Shown here in pieces: positions 20,216-31,172 of a stretch of DNA of 64,000 nt. The DNA is taken from positions 102,606 through 166,605 of IMG/VR virus record IMGVR_UViG_3300028394_000041. One strand, given 5' to 3'. Numbering within the stretch: position 1 is the first letter of the stretch; the number at the start of each line of letters is the position of its first letter. Both the position numbers and the translations under genes were made by a program. The notes beneath the pieces were generated by a model. The model was not told where the DNA came from. It did no database searches and saw nothing but the letters and a program-made list of their open reading frames with translations. The DNA comes from a virus.

Positions 20216-20637
20216 ATTAATGATATTCCAGCTGTTGCTGTTACACTTATCCATCCAGTATAATTGTTATTTTTTATTCCTACTATTTTTAAGGCTACTG
20301 GAGCAGTTAAACTTACAGTAGAATCTGCATTGTCAAATTTTTGGCCATTATATCCAGTAATAAAAAGAGGTTGATTGGTAGAAGAAATATTTTTAATTGT
20401 TAGTGTTTGAGTATCAATAATGTCTGGTAAATATCCAGTATATTGTTTAGAATCATCAGAAGTAAAAACTGTTAATGAGCTATCAATAGTAAAATTTTGA
20501 TTTTTGTATAAAGCGTAATTTGTGTAAAGATTTTTATTTTCGTAAGCGTCGCCGCTAATTCTAACATATCTAGTATCTAATTGACCCGACTGGGTTAATT
20601 GGGCTGTAAATACTTGCAATCCATTAAATGTACGCAT
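20212..20637 (-). CDS. Small structural protein related to the fibre C-terminus
   Basis: C-terminus resembles the end of 1751..3094 (IKN...ITG...YTGW). Confidence 0.5.
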   Translation of the reverse strand: MRTFNGLQVFTAQLTQSGQLDTRYVRISGDAYENKNLYTNYALYKNQNFTIDSSLTVFTSDDSKQYTGYLPDIIDTQTLTIKNISSTNQPLFITGYNGQKFDNADSTVSLTAPVALKIVGIKNNNYTGWISVTATAGISLI

Positions 20638-20658
20638 ACAACTTTATTACACGGAAAA

Positions 20659-22590
20659 TTAAACTTTGCTATAATATAATAAAGAGGCTAAATAATTTGT
20701 TATTTGATGCTCTGAGGCTAACTCTTGTATAGCATTTACTTGTTCGAAGTTTTTATCGAAAGGTTTGTCTATATAATCTTTAATTTTAGAGTTCCAGTTT
20801 TCTGGGATTTCATTAGCTATGATGATTTCAGTTAAGCTTTCGGAGTCTTCTTTTTGTTGATTAGTTAGCTTTTTAACGTTAAATTTCTTTCTAAGTGCAG
20901 ATTTAACTTCTTCTTCAAGGGTTTGACTAGCTAAGATGTTTTCTTTAATTTTAGATAATGAGAAATTCGCTTTAACTTTCGCGCCTTTTTGCCCAATTGG
21001 AGATGCATTTTTTGTGCTTTGTGGAATTCCAGTGGTTCCAGCTGGTCTTCCAGACTGTTGCGCTGATCCACCTATAATTGGTTGATAAAGACCTTGGTCT
21101 CTTAAATCTTTAAATTTTTGTTGAGATTCTAAAGACTCTTCTTCAGTTGGTAATCTGCCTTTTTCAATTGCTTGAATACCTTCTTCTGGAGTAAGCACTC
21201 CAAGTTCCATTAGTCTATTATAAACTCTAGATAATTGAGTGTCATCCTTAAGATTCATATCTTGAAATTTAGGCACTGGAAAGTTTTTAAAACCAAGATC
21301 CTTACTGATCCTTCTGATTTCTGGAATTAAAAATTCATTAATAAACACTTCTCTGCCTTGGTTTAATCTTTCTACAAAAACTTTAACTTTGATACTTTGA
21401 TTAGCGAATTTTTCACTTCCAATCAAAACATTATTTAAACCAATTTGGATATCTTTATCTACCACTTCATATTTTTGTGGTCCAATAAGACTGGCTATAT
21501 CTGGAATCACAAACTCAGCCTTGGTTGTATAATCAGCTATAAGAACTCTACCAATACTTTGATTTTCAAATAAAGATTGCATGGCTTGTAAGTTTTTTGG
21601 ATTTACTCCACCTTTATCTGGTTCTGCGCCCATAGTTACCAATAAAATTGCTTGTTGCATGGTTCTTGTAACTGCCATATCCATTTTTTTCATTTCAAGT
21701 TTCCAATTAATATCATCAAGGACTGGGAATCCCATTGGAACAGAAAGAGGTTCGTAATCTTGCTTTTTGTAGAAAACTGCGGCTAATTTTGTTTTATCCA
21801 ATGGGACAAGTATATAAGAACTATTTTTATTTTTAATTTTTTCTTTAACATCTGCTGGTAAAGAATTGTATACTTCTGTATCTTCATCTGTTTTTGGGCT
21901 TCTTAATCTTTCTAATTCGTAATCACTTAATAATTTATAATAAACATTAAAAGCATAATTAACTGTTCCGCCAACATAGATGTCTGCAGGATTAACAATG
22001 GCATATCTTGCTGGTAATTTAATAGAGCCATCTTCCGCTATAGTTTTTAATTTAGATCCAAAAGTTTGAGTGACTTTTAAAAATTGCTCTGGACTCAATA
22101 CGGTATCAAATCTATAAACAAACACGTTTCCACTTCTGTAGTATTCCCTAAAAAATTGATCAAGAAAGCTAGCTAAATTAATTTTTTTAAAATATGCCTC
22201 AAAAAATTCTCTTGATTTTTGACTTCCGCCAGTAAGATAAATTGGGCTACTTGAAAATTCGGTCATTAAATCTATGGTGTTTCTGAAAATTGCTACATTA
22301 TAATATGCTTTTTGACATAGTATGATCGCATCTCTTATGTCTAGAGTTGAAAGATTTTTAACGTAATTAGAATATCTAAAAGGAATTAAACCTTTATCAA
22401 TATTTGCAAATCGATCAGTTCTCTCTATTGTTGACGAAGCGTTCCTTCTAAAAGAAGACGTAGAAGCTCTAATTTCTGATATTTTTGCTCTTTTACTATC
22501 ACTATTAGATTCGCTTCCGTATACCATTAACGGAATATTTTCTTGAATTGAAGCTTTTGTTTCTTGTATTTTTTTATTCTTTTTACTCAT
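20659..22590 (-). CDS. Portal protein
   Basis: 643 aa directly after the terminase; AYYNVAIFRNTIDLM, YYRSGNVF, KKQDYEP portal-like motifs. Confidence 0.8.
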   Translation of the reverse strand: MSKKNKKIQETKASIQENIPLMVYGSESNSDSKRAKISEIRASTSSFRRNASSTIERTDRFANIDKGLIPFRYSNYVKNLSTLDIRDAIILCQKAYYNVAIFRNTIDLMTEFSSSPIYLTGGSQKSREFFEAYFKKINLASFLDQFFREYYRSGNVFVYRFDTVLSPEQFLKVTQTFGSKLKTIAEDGSIKLPARYAIVNPADIYVGGTVNYAFNVYYKLLSDYELERLRSPKTDEDTEVYNSLPADVKEKIKNKNSSYILVPLDKTKLAAVFYKKQDYEPLSVPMGFPVLDDINWKLEMKKMDMAVTRTMQQAILLVTMGAEPDKGGVNPKNLQAMQSLFENQSIGRVLIADYTTKAEFVIPDIASLIGPQKYEVVDKDIQIGLNNVLIGSEKFANQSIKVKVFVERLNQGREVFINEFLIPEIRRISKDLGFKNFPVPKFQDMNLKDDTQLSRVYNRLMELGVLTPEEGIQAIEKGRLPTEEESLESQQKFKDLRDQGLYQPIIGGSAQQSGRPAGTTGIPQSTKNASPIGQKGAKVKANFSLSKIKENILASQTLEEEVKSALRKKFNVKKLTNQQKEDSESLTEIIIANEIPENWNSKIKDYIDKPFDKNFEQVNAIQELASEHQITNYLASLLYYSKV

Positions 22591-22609
22591 AAAATCGTAT
22601 ATATTACAC

Positions 22610-24454
22610 TTAATTGATCATTATAGGTGAAAAAGTGCTCGATATTTGATCAATTGGAGCGGTCATTATATCATAATAGGACTTTAAGCCCCAATTTGCT
22701 AATAAAAGTGCAGAATAATTATCTTTTCTTGCTTTATTTGAAGATGAACTTCTTTTTAAATGTTGAGGTAAATCAAAAGACTGAGTCCCTCTAGCTGTGG
22801 AAGAGTGCTCTACAAGAGTGCATTGCTTTTTAGTTTGGTATATAAAATCATCTTGATTTTCAATAAAATCTAAGGTTGACCAATCCTTTTTGTCTTCAGT
22901 TTTCATTAATTCGATAGGTATATTTTGGCTAAATTGAGATTCAAAGAAGTTATCGTTTGCACAGGTTTTGCTCGCAAACCATATCTTTTTATAATCAATA
23001 GACGCTTGTAAATATTCGTTTGCTTTTCGAATAAAATTACTTGTAAAAACTTGATTGAATGCTATTCTTTTATTTTCTAAGTTATATAAATTTCTGGCTC
23101 TTCTAACTTCTTGGTCATAGTCTAATCCTTCTAAATCTGAATTGAACTCAAAACTATTAATTAGTAAATTATTCTTTTTAAACATTTCTGACTGATTACA
23201 GGCGGATAAGAATACATCTGCGCCAGCATTATCTAAAATCATAAATACAATATTAAAATTAGTCATGATGTAATATAAATAATTAACGTGATTTTTTAAA
23301 TTTCCTAACCCAGCATAAGTATGCACTAGTGCGCCAGTTTTATTTTCTTCATCAATTTCCATTACTGCCATAGCAAAATAATCTGCATTTGGACTATCGC
23401 TCATATTAGGATCAATACCGAGAATATATTTTTTCCCAGGAATCCCTTTCATTAAAGTATGAGGAGTTTCTCCATTTTTAATTGTACAATCTTCCATTTT
23501 TTTTGCACTAAAATAACTATCGCTACCATCAATAAATCTTGCACAATATTCTCTTAGAAAGCTACTATGACTTGATCCTCCATTTTGAGCTTCTTCAATA
23601 ATAGTCTTATCTATCATTTCTAATGGAAGAGCTTCATAACTTAATTGAGAAATAAAATAAGATGCCTCTGTCTCCTCTTTGCAATTGATTTTTTCTATCC
23701 ATTCATTATATGTTTTATAAAGATTTTCAAAAGTATAGCTCGCAGAAGAAAGTGCTATCATTTTACTATTGTTTTCAAATACAATTCTATCTTCTTCTTT
23801 CATTAATCCATCTTTTATTAAAGCATCTTCTGTTTCTCGAATTTCCATTCTCTCTTTCATGTTTTGTGGCGCAACTAAAAATGGCATCAAAACAGTTTTA
23901 ATAATGTCTTCTGAAAGAAGTAAAAACTCATCTAATACAAGTACATTTGCTCTGAATCCTCGAATTTTTTCTCCATTCAAAGGTATTGCGACTATACTTC
24001 CACCATTTATAGCCCATTCATATTGATCATTTCTTTTACTTTTGGAGCCAAAAGCTTGTTGAAGAAGTTCTGCTCCTTTGCTATTTACAATTTTTTCTAA
24101 ATTATTAAATATAAATCTGGCAGTTCTAAAGGTTGGTCCTGCAATTAAAATTTTTGTATTGGGTTCGAAAACGCATTGAAGAAAACAAAAAACTGCTGCT
24201 ACAAAACTTTTTCCACAACCTCTACCCCAAACGCACATATTAAAATTTCTAGTCATTAGAGCTTTTAAATGGATTTCTTGATATGCTGCTAATTTTATAC
24301 CGCTAATAAGTTCTGTGGTAAAGCCTAAGTTCGCTCTCAAGAATTTCGCTAAACTAATTTTTGCTTCTTTATCATTTAAGATGCCTTTTAGTTCCATTAA
24401 TTCTTTATTAATGTCATGTTGCTCTTTTTTATATTTATCTGGAGAATATATCAT
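22610..24454 (-). CDS. terL: Terminase large subunit
   Basis: Walker A GRGCGKS, Walker B VLVLDE, RNase H-like LGIDP and C-terminal KDNYSA; probable start 24454 (ATGA overlap). Confidence 0.9.
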   Translation of the reverse strand: MIYSPDKYKKEQHDINKELMELKGILNDKEAKISLAKFLRANLGFTTELISGIKLAAYQEIHLKALMTRNFNMCVWGRGCGKSFVAAVFCFLQCVFEPNTKILIAGPTFRTARFIFNNLEKIVNSKGAELLQQAFGSKSKRNDQYEWAINGGSIVAIPLNGEKIRGFRANVLVLDEFLLLSEDIIKTVLMPFLVAPQNMKERMEIRETEDALIKDGLMKEEDRIVFENNSKMIALSSASYTFENLYKTYNEWIEKINCKEETEASYFISQLSYEALPLEMIDKTIIEEAQNGGSSHSSFLREYCARFIDGSDSYFSAKKMEDCTIKNGETPHTLMKGIPGKKYILGIDPNMSDSPNADYFAMAVMEIDEENKTGALVHTYAGLGNLKNHVNYLYYIMTNFNIVFMILDNAGADVFLSACNQSEMFKKNNLLINSFEFNSDLEGLDYDQEVRRARNLYNLENKRIAFNQVFTSNFIRKANEYLQASIDYKKIWFASKTCANDNFFESQFSQNIPIELMKTEDKKDWSTLDFIENQDDFIYQTKKQCTLVEHSSTARGTQSFDLPQHLKRSSSSNKARKDNYSALLLANWGLKSYYDIMTAPIDQISSTFSPIMIN

Positions 24455-25386
24455 AAAAGTTTTAGATCGTAAGCAAGTTGAAGATCTATTTCCCTGTAAA
24501 AGCAATTTGATGTAAAAATTGACTCAATTACCCTAGTCATTTCTACTCTTCCGTCCACAAAAAGAAATTGTAAATTATCATAATTTTGTAACAACTCTCT
24601 AACGTTATGGAATATATATTCTGGCGTAGCTTTAATTTTTTTACTAATGTGCGGAAGATATTGAAAGCTAAGGGCATTGGATAGTTTTTCCTCTACCACT
24701 ACTACTAAATAAGCTCCGCTTTTCTTCGCTCGTTCTATTTCGTTTTTAAATCTATCGAAATTTTTAACACTTAAGGTACTAATAAAATCGCTTAGGCTTT
24801 TTCTTTCTATAAAGCATTTACAATTATTATTACTGCAAGAATAATCTCCAAATGGTAATGTTTTAATTTCAAATTTTGCATCAAACTTTAACCAGCTTTG
24901 CTCCCTTGTGTCAACATAAATGATTGATTTTTTATTTAATTTATTTTTAAATTGATCAACTATATTATTAGTGTGAATAAATTTATTTTTTAACCCTAGA
25001 TCGGCGCAAACATCATAATAATCATTGAATATCTTGTTATAAAATATAATTGATGGACACATTATAGTTCTTAGTTCTACCTGAGAAGGACTATATAATA
25101 GATTTTTATCTTGTTTTCTTTTGAGGATTAATGATTTACAATATTCTTGGGCTTTTTCAATTGGCTGTTGTTTAAGCCATTTTTTCATATTATTTTTATC
25201 ATTAAAATCGCTACTTAAATACTGCTCTTTGGTTTTAAAATTAATCAGTTCATTTGTTAAAAGGTCTCGTCTTTCAAAATACGTTTGATAGTATTTAGCT
25301 TTATTAAGCTTGTACCCTTTTAAAGACATATGTAAAGATTTTTCGTTTGGGAATTCTTTTCCATCTACTTTGCAAATAACTGACAT
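24451..25386 (-). CDS. ERCC4/XPF-family nuclease
   Basis: VDTREQ...GDY...IERKSLSDF signature. Confidence 0.8.
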   Translation of the reverse strand: MSVICKVDGKEFPNEKSLHMSLKGYKLNKAKYYQTYFERRDLLTNELINFKTKEQYLSSDFNDKNNMKKWLKQQPIEKAQEYCKSLILKRKQDKNLLYSPSQVELRTIMCPSIIFYNKIFNDYYDVCADLGLKNKFIHTNNIVDQFKNKLNKKSIIYVDTREQSWLKFDAKFEIKTLPFGDYSCSNNNCKCFIERKSLSDFISTLSVKNFDRFKNEIERAKKSGAYLVVVVEEKLSNALSFQYLPHISKKIKATPEYIFHNVRELLQNYDNLQFLFVDGRVEMTRVIESIFTSNCFYREIDLQLAYDLKLL

Positions 25387-25390
25387 AATT

Positions 25391-26485
25391 TTATCCGTTT
25401 AAAATATCTTCTTCAGATATTCCTAAAATTTTACATTTTAATTCGTCCATAGAATCAAGTCTATTTATCTCTGTTTTAACAATGGCTCTTCTTAGCTCTG
25501 CCATCTTTAATAATTTCTTTCTAGACTCTTCTTGCTTCCACATTTCTACAAGATTCAATATACTAGCATTATCTTTTATCTGCTTGCTTAGTCTGTCACT
25601 TCTTTTAACTTTTAAATCATTTAATAGTTTTTGTTGACGATTTACGCAATCATTGTATTCTTTTCGTGCTGTGCTACTGGCTTCTACAATTGCCATTGGA
25701 ATTCTTCCATCTTCTTGAGTCGCTAAATCTATTTGATTTTGCAAAGCTGTAATAGTTTGTTGAATTGTGGACGATATAACTACTTCTGTGGCGAGAACAA
25801 TATACTGATCAACCTCTTCTTGAGTTAAATCACTTTTGTCATAGGTATATCTTAGAAAACTACTTTCAAAAAGATCTCTATCATTTTCATCACTATAAAG
25901 ATTGATTTGATGCGTGAATCTATAAGTATTCATATAGCCAATTAAAGCATTGACTTCTTTCTTTTGCTTTGGGGTAATTTTTTCTTTGTTAATTCCATCT
26001 AATATATATTTATTAATTTTAACAATAGTTCTTTCTTCGCTCCTTGGAGCTTTATAAGCTTCTGTGCTTATGCTGTCGTTACTATCGTTAAGATATCTAA
26101 TATTACTTGGGATACTTTTCATGTAATCCAGAATAGTTCTAGTTTCTTGACTTAAATTTGTAAGTGATTCATTTTTAAATAATATTTTAGCTATCTCAAT
26201 TCCAGTCATAGTTGCACAATTATTACTAATGTATTCTTTTTGATCTTCTGTTAGCTCTATAAGTCCCTTAGCCTGATACTCATGGCTTTTCCTTGGTTTG
26301 ATTTTTCTAGAAGCAAGAAAATTCTTAACAGCTTTCCCTTCTTTGCTTCTTCCATCTAAGTCATCCCTATCAAAAGCTAATTTAACTAACTCATTTAATG
26401 AAGGTGGATTATCTGGTCTATTATTCCATTCCTGCAGCATCTTTAACTGCTGCTCTTCTGTTAAGATAGCAATATCTTCACTCAT
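25391..26485 (-). CDS. Hypothetical protein with coiled coil (possible small terminase)
   Basis: 364-aa ORF upstream of the nuclease/terminase genes; function inferred from position only. Confidence 0.45.
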   Translation of the reverse strand: MSEDIAILTEEQQLKMLQEWNNRPDNPPSLNELVKLAFDRDDLDGRSKEGKAVKNFLASRKIKPRKSHEYQAKGLIELTEDQKEYISNNCATMTGIEIAKILFKNESLTNLSQETRTILDYMKSIPSNIRYLNDSNDSISTEAYKAPRSEERTIVKINKYILDGINKEKITPKQKKEVNALIGYMNTYRFTHQINLYSDENDRDLFESSFLRYTYDKSDLTQEEVDQYIVLATEVVISSTIQQTITALQNQIDLATQEDGRIPMAIVEASSTARKEYNDCVNRQQKLLNDLKVKRSDRLSKQIKDNASILNLVEMWKQEESRKKLLKMAELRRAIVKTEINRLDSMDELKCKILGISEEDILNG

Positions 26486-26486
26486 A

Positions 26487-27170
26487 TTAGTCTATGTCTA
26501 TTTCGCCGTTGTATAAATATTTCTTAACTTTGGTTATGATTAACTTTTTTAAGTTTTTAACTTGCTTGTATCCAATTTTTCTATTTTTTTCTGTGGTTTT
26601 ATACCCCATAATTTTTGCTGTATCTTCTTCAGACTTATGTTCTATAAAATGTAAAGAATAAAATTTCCATTCTAAGGGTTTCAAAATTTGTTGCATTTTT
26701 TTATGTATATTTTCAGCAGTCTTTTCTATGTTAATGGAGTTATGTGGTATGTTATGGACTTCTTGACTATGATTTTCTAAAGCTACTGGCAACTTAATAT
26801 TGCATGCTGATTTTTTACTCTTCTCCCATTTTGCATACAAAGGACACTGACTGCATTGTGTTCCATAAATGTTACAACCATCTTCTTGATCTGCTGCAGC
26901 ACATTTTAAACAGGGTCTTGAATAATTTCCATAAGTATTTCTAATAAGATTTTTAATTTGATTGCTTGCTATTCTATTAATCCATGGGGCCAAGGGCTGT
27001 TTTTGATCATACATATCCCATTTTTTATAAATATGTATTCTTAATATTTGAGCTACGTCATTAAAATCCATCCACGCCAAAGCAGTAAGGCACCATTTGT
27101 TTTTTCTTTTATCAATTTCTTTATTTATCTCTACTATCTTGCTTTCAAATGAAGCTTTTTCGAGATTCAT
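26487..27170 (-). CDS. Phage RNA polymerase sigma factor-like protein with Cys-rich insert
   Basis: Region-2-like DFNDVAQ...WDMYD...PWINRIASNQIKNLIR; region-4-like HTH (SEEDTAKIMGY). Confidence 0.7.
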   Translation of the reverse strand: MNLEKASFESKIVEINKEIDKRKNKWCLTALAWMDFNDVAQILRIHIYKKWDMYDQKQPLAPWINRIASNQIKNLIRNTYGNYSRPCLKCAAADQEDGCNIYGTQCSQCPLYAKWEKSKKSACNIKLPVALENHSQEVHNIPHNSINIEKTAENIHKKMQQILKPLEWKFYSLHFIEHKSEEDTAKIMGYKTTEKNRKIGYKQVKNLKKLIITKVKKYLYNGEIDID

Positions 27171-27583
27171 TTTCCTTTTTTACTTCTTTTAATTGATCCC
27201 GCTTCTTTTGCAAAATCTTCTAATATTTTCTTTTTTGAAAGCTTTTTGCTTGGCGCTCTGTTATTAAATTTAATATTTTCTTCATTATTGTCACTAGTAC
27301 CAAGTAAAGATCCCAATTTTACAGATTTATTCTTAGGAATATCTAGGTCTATTTGTAGGTTAGATATATTAGGTACATAATTCAAATCTTCACCTTCAGA
27401 ATTATCATCGTGGTCATAATCTGCTTCTATGTTTAGATTTTTGACTTTACTTTCTATTTTTTTAACTTCTACTTTACTAGAAACAGATATATTATTATAT
27501 GATTTACCACAATTCGAGCAAAATAATGGTGGTTTTATAGAATATTCTGTTGGTCCACCGCAAGAGGTACAATATTTTTTCAT
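27167..27583 (-). CDS. Zinc-ribbon protein
   Basis: YCTSCG...FCSNCG. Confidence 0.65.
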   Translation of the reverse strand: MKKYCTSCGGPTEYSIKPPLFCSNCGKSYNNISVSSKVEVKKIESKVKNLNIEADYDHDDNSEGEDLNYVPNISNLQIDLDIPKNKSVKLGSLLGTSDNNEENIKFNNRAPSKKLSKKKILEDFAKEAGSIKRSKKGK

Positions 27584-27627
27584 TTAATATAATTATATAT
27601 TAAATATTAATATAAATCTAATTTAAA

Positions 27628-28401
27628 TTAACCCAATGTTAAAAGATATTTTAATCTATTTAAACTGCCAAGTATCTCGTCTCGCGTATTTAATAAATCT
27701 GAATCTCGAGCCTCATCAAGCATATCATTTAATCCAATCAAAAATTTAATATATGAATCTGTTGCGGTACTAAAATTCAAATCAGAATAATTTGACATTT
27801 CAAGATTAAACTTAGAAGCGGCGATTACTCTGCCATATTTACCCATGTATGTTTCAATAAAAGTATCTATGCTTTCATCTAAGCTCTCGTAAATTTTTCC
27901 AAAACTTTTATGTTGTGAGAATGAAGTTGTTTGCCAATGAAATATTTGATATTGTTTTTGCATTTGTAGCATAGAAGTTTGAATAAGTTCCCCTTTACCA
28001 TCTACTTCTGCTTTAATTTCTGAGACTTTTACTTCTTCTATTTTTGGTTCTTCAATTTTAACTTCATTGATAACTTCTGCTGGTGCAGTTACTGCGGTAT
28101 GAACTGGTTCAGCAACTGGCGCTTCAATTTTTTCCTCAACTACTGGCTCTACTTTAACTTGTTTATCAGCTTCTTCTTGAGCCTTTTTCTCTTTAATTTC
28201 TTTAATCTTATCTGAGAAGTCAACTTCAATACTATTTCTGTCTGCTGCTTTGCTCTTCTCTTTTGGCTTGCTATAAGTATTCAAGCAAATTGCCACTTGT
28301 TGTTTATTTTCCATTTTAGGATTATCTTTATTAACTTTGTGCATGCAACGATTCATGTAGTCGTTTTGTTTTTCGTTATCCTTGGGCTGGGGAATCGGCA
28401 T
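27628..28401 (-). CDS. Ferritin/Dps-like (DUF5856-type) protein with N-terminal extension
   Basis: FHWQTTSFSQHKSFGKIYESL...DTFIETYMGKYGR...DLLNTRDEILG...YLLTL. Confidence 0.7.
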   Translation of the reverse strand: MPIPQPKDNEKQNDYMNRCMHKVNKDNPKMENKQQVAICLNTYSKPKEKSKAADRNSIEVDFSDKIKEIKEKKAQEEADKQVKVEPVVEEKIEAPVAEPVHTAVTAPAEVINEVKIEEPKIEEVKVSEIKAEVDGKGELIQTSMLQMQKQYQIFHWQTTSFSQHKSFGKIYESLDESIDTFIETYMGKYGRVIAASKFNLEMSNYSDLNFSTATDSYIKFLIGLNDMLDEARDSDLLNTRDEILGSLNRLKYLLTLG

Positions 28402-28520
28402 GTATGTTATTACACATGTTTATATACTAGTGTAAGAAGAGATATGACCATTTCTACTAGTTTAATTTGTTTTGCTGTGTTAGTTTATATATATTATTTA
28501 GTAGAGAGAGTTAAGTAATA

Positions 28521-29897
28521 TTAATAAATTTGATATTTTTGGTTTAAATAAGCTTCGACTTGTTGGCGTTCTATAGTTGTTAGGACTCGATTGTATACGA
28601 TTACTTCTGCTACTTTTCCTTTTAGGTTAAAAGTTCCAGCTGCATTTTGTTTTCCTATATAAAGAGTTTCATCTCCTCCTATTGAATTGCTATAAGTATT
28701 AGTAGGATCAGAATACATTAGTTGACCATTAACAAATGATTGCCAATCATTATTTGTGCTTTTTACAGAATAAAGAGTCCAAACATTTGTAATAGTTACT
28801 GGTGGCGTAATCTCATTTTTTCTTAATCTTGTTGCGAAAGCATCATAAACATTACAATCTAGACCATAAGGATAATGAGTTTGAGCCGATACATAAGTAT
28901 CTTCTGATCCACCAAAGTTTCCAAATATTGGTCCATTGTCATCACCAGAACCACAAACATCTTCTACATATTGAACTGAAAAAGCCGTTGATCCACTTGC
29001 GCCAAGAGGATTTATTGAAATCGAGAATACTCTTTCAATATAATCAGACATTGATGTTAGTGATATGGTCGGTTTGCTATTCAAATCCGAGGTATTATAA
29101 ATAGGATTATCGGAAAAAGGTGTTGCATTGTTTCCATTATTGCTTTGATCTGCCCAAGCTGTTACAAGAAAATCTCCATATTCTGATGTTGTCACAGATC
29201 CAGTTGGAAGTGTCCCATTTGCAACTCCTATATATGTGCTAGATGGAGATCCAGATGAAAGATTATTTGTCCAAGAACCAGATGGAGCAGAAGACTTTAG
29301 CGGTCCCGTAGAAATTAAAAATGGATAGGGCGAATTTGGATCCACCTTATATAAAAACCAGTTTGTAGAAGGAGCCCCAGAACCATCTCCTGTTGATATA
29401 AAGTAATCTGATCCAGATGCATTAAAATAAAAAAATCCATTATCGCCATCGTATGAATATAAATTGTACGTTCTATTTGCAGAAGAGTGCGTTCCAGTAA
29501 TACCAGATATTGTTATTGTATTTGGCATATTATATACCAAAGACCAGCTAATCCCGTCAGTTGAATTTAAAATAATTATATTTCCAGTACCTTGTGCTAT
29601 ATATCTTAAATTATAAGAAGGCGTATCATCTTGAGAATATGTTATAAAATAACCATTATTCTCACCAAAAGAATAAGAATAATAATTATTAGGATCTGGA
29701 GTTCCACTTGCAACAAATGTTTTATTCAAAATACTTGATGTACCTCCGCTAAGTATAATTTGAGAGATATATGTATTTCTAAATGTTGTAACACCAGCAT
29801 CAGATTTAAGCCAAAGTGATAATCCACCTAAACTTGATGGAAGAAAAGGTGTTCTTGGAATTTTGAAGGTTGTATTTTTTTTAATTATTAAGCTCAT
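28521..29897 (-). CDS. Virion protein with LamG-like domain
   Basis: LSLWLKSDAG, WADQSNNGNNA, VAEVIVYNRVLT...VEAYLNQKY; likely start 29897. Confidence 0.65.
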   Translation of the reverse strand: MSLIIKKNTTFKIPRTPFLPSSLGGLSLWLKSDAGVTTFRNTYISQIILSGGTSSILNKTFVASGTPDPNNYYSYSFGENNGYFITYSQDDTPSYNLRYIAQGTGNIIILNSTDGISWSLVYNMPNTITISGITGTHSSANRTYNLYSYDGDNGFFYFNASGSDYFISTGDGSGAPSTNWFLYKVDPNSPYPFLISTGPLKSSAPSGSWTNNLSSGSPSSTYIGVANGTLPTGSVTTSEYGDFLVTAWADQSNNGNNATPFSDNPIYNTSDLNSKPTISLTSMSDYIERVFSISINPLGASGSTAFSVQYVEDVCGSGDDNGPIFGNFGGSEDTYVSAQTHYPYGLDCNVYDAFATRLRKNEITPPVTITNVWTLYSVKSTNNDWQSFVNGQLMYSDPTNTYSNSIGGDETLYIGKQNAAGTFNLKGKVAEVIVYNRVLTTIERQQVEAYLNQKYQIY

Positions 29898-29899
29898 AT

Positions 29900-30217
29900 T
29901 TATGGTGTTGTAATTGTTATTGAAGGGGACCATCCATTTAATGGAATTGATAAAATGCTGGCTGGATTTGAAGAAAAAAGATTGTTGTTGTCTCCATCAT
30001 AATAAATTAAGCACCATCCAGATTGAAGTCCGTAAGTTGTTCCATCTTTTGTTAAAAACCAAGTGTAGCCAGTATAACCTGAATCATATCTCCAATCTCC
30101 AAAATAACTAGTAAACTGTGCTGGGACTTGGTCTATACCAACGATTGTTAGGGTAGCAGTAGAAAGCGGAAGTGTTGTTGGAGCGGAAATAATATCTCTT
30201 TTAACTATAAAAGCCAT
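29900..30217 (-). CDS. Small virion-associated protein (putative)
   Basis: 105-aa ORF with GTGTAAT motif 7 nt upstream. Confidence 0.5.
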   Translation of the reverse strand: MAFIVKRDIISAPTTLPLSTATLTIVGIDQVPAQFTSYFGDWRYDSGYTGYTWFLTKDGTTYGLQSGWCLIYYDGDNNNLFSSNPASILSIPLNGWSPSITITTP

Positions 30218-30230
30218 AAACTATATTACA

Positions 30231-30497
30231 CTACTCATCCAAATAGGTTTTGATATCTTTTATTAGCTTTTTTCTCTTGTTGCGTTCTAAAACTGTTATT
30301 AAGGTAGCTAGTGATATTGGAAAAGCAAACCTCAGAAAGAATTGAAGGTGATCTTCTCTACTTAATAAATCAAAGTAATTAATGTAAAGGTCACTTAGCC
30401 CCCAAAGTGTGAAAAGTATCGCAGGGACAAAAGTGATAAAAAAGAACTTATCATAGGATTTTAAATTAGCCCACCAGTTCTTAATTTTAAGTAACAT
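30231..30497 (-). CDS. Small two-TM membrane protein
   Basis: Two hydrophobic segments. Confidence 0.55.
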   Translation of the reverse strand: MLLKIKNWWANLKSYDKFFFITFVPAILFTLWGLSDLYINYFDLLSREDHLQFFLRFAFPISLATLITVLERNKRKKLIKDIKTYLDE

Positions 30498-30516
30498 ATA
30501 TAAAGCTTACACAACA

Positions 30517-30849
30517 TTAGATTGGAGTTGCTTGATATGGAACTCCATTTGATAATACTGGAGGTATTTTATATTGAGAATCTGTTGGAGTAGACGAAGC
30601 TCCAGAAGCTGTGTCTGGAGAACTAAAAGTAGAGAATTGAAATTCTTTTTCCATGTTAACATCATTTTCATTAACTTGTATTTGCTTTGACATGCCGTTA
30701 ACTTCTAGAGCTACTGGGCTTTTATGTCCTGATACATTAAGCATCATTTCGCCTTTGTCATTTTTAGTTATTTTAATTCTTATTTGATCTTCTGTATAAG
30801 AATAGGTTGTTAATAGAAACGCCGCTAATAGTATTATTGTTTTTTTCAT
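30517..30849 (-). CDS. Secreted hypothetical protein
   Basis: Signal peptide MKKTIILLAAFLLTTYSYT; ends QATPI. Confidence 0.55.
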   Translation of the reverse strand: MKKTIILLAAFLLTTYSYTEDQIRIKITKNDKGEMMLNVSGHKSPVALEVNGMSKQIQVNENDVNMEKEFQFSTFSSPDTASGASSTPTDSQYKIPPVLSNGVPYQATPI

Positions 30850-31172
30850 AAGGTTTTATATATTGGGGTTTGGAAAACATTGGATTTATTTTTTAAACGT
30901 ATTTGTTTCATAGTATAACCTACCATCACATACAAAGGCTCTTCTGCATTTGTAGGCTTTGCAGATTTGCCTAGACTTAAAACATATTTATGACTATCAT
31001 GGCCAATAGGTTCTGCGCGCTGGGTAAAACAAGAACCTTCATCTGTCACATACTCAAAATCCATGCCATAATTATCTATTTGTTGTTTCACTAAAGATGC
31101 ATGAGGACTATAAACTGTATAAAAAATACTAATTGCAATACAAACGCCCACAATAAAAGGTATCTTATTCAT
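30846..31172 (-). CDS. Membrane-anchored hypothetical protein
   Basis: N-terminal TM segment; ATGA-coupled. Confidence 0.55.
   Translation of the reverse strand: MNKIPFIVGVCIAISIFYTVYSPHASLVKQQIDNYGMDFEYVTDEGSCFTQRAEPIGHDSHKYVLSLGKSAKPTNAEEPLYVMVGYTMKQIRLKNKSNVFQTPIYKTL

Noticed and set aside
22610-24454. Intein or intron in the terminase
   Set aside because: Length and motif spacing are normal; no intein-like C...HN insertion
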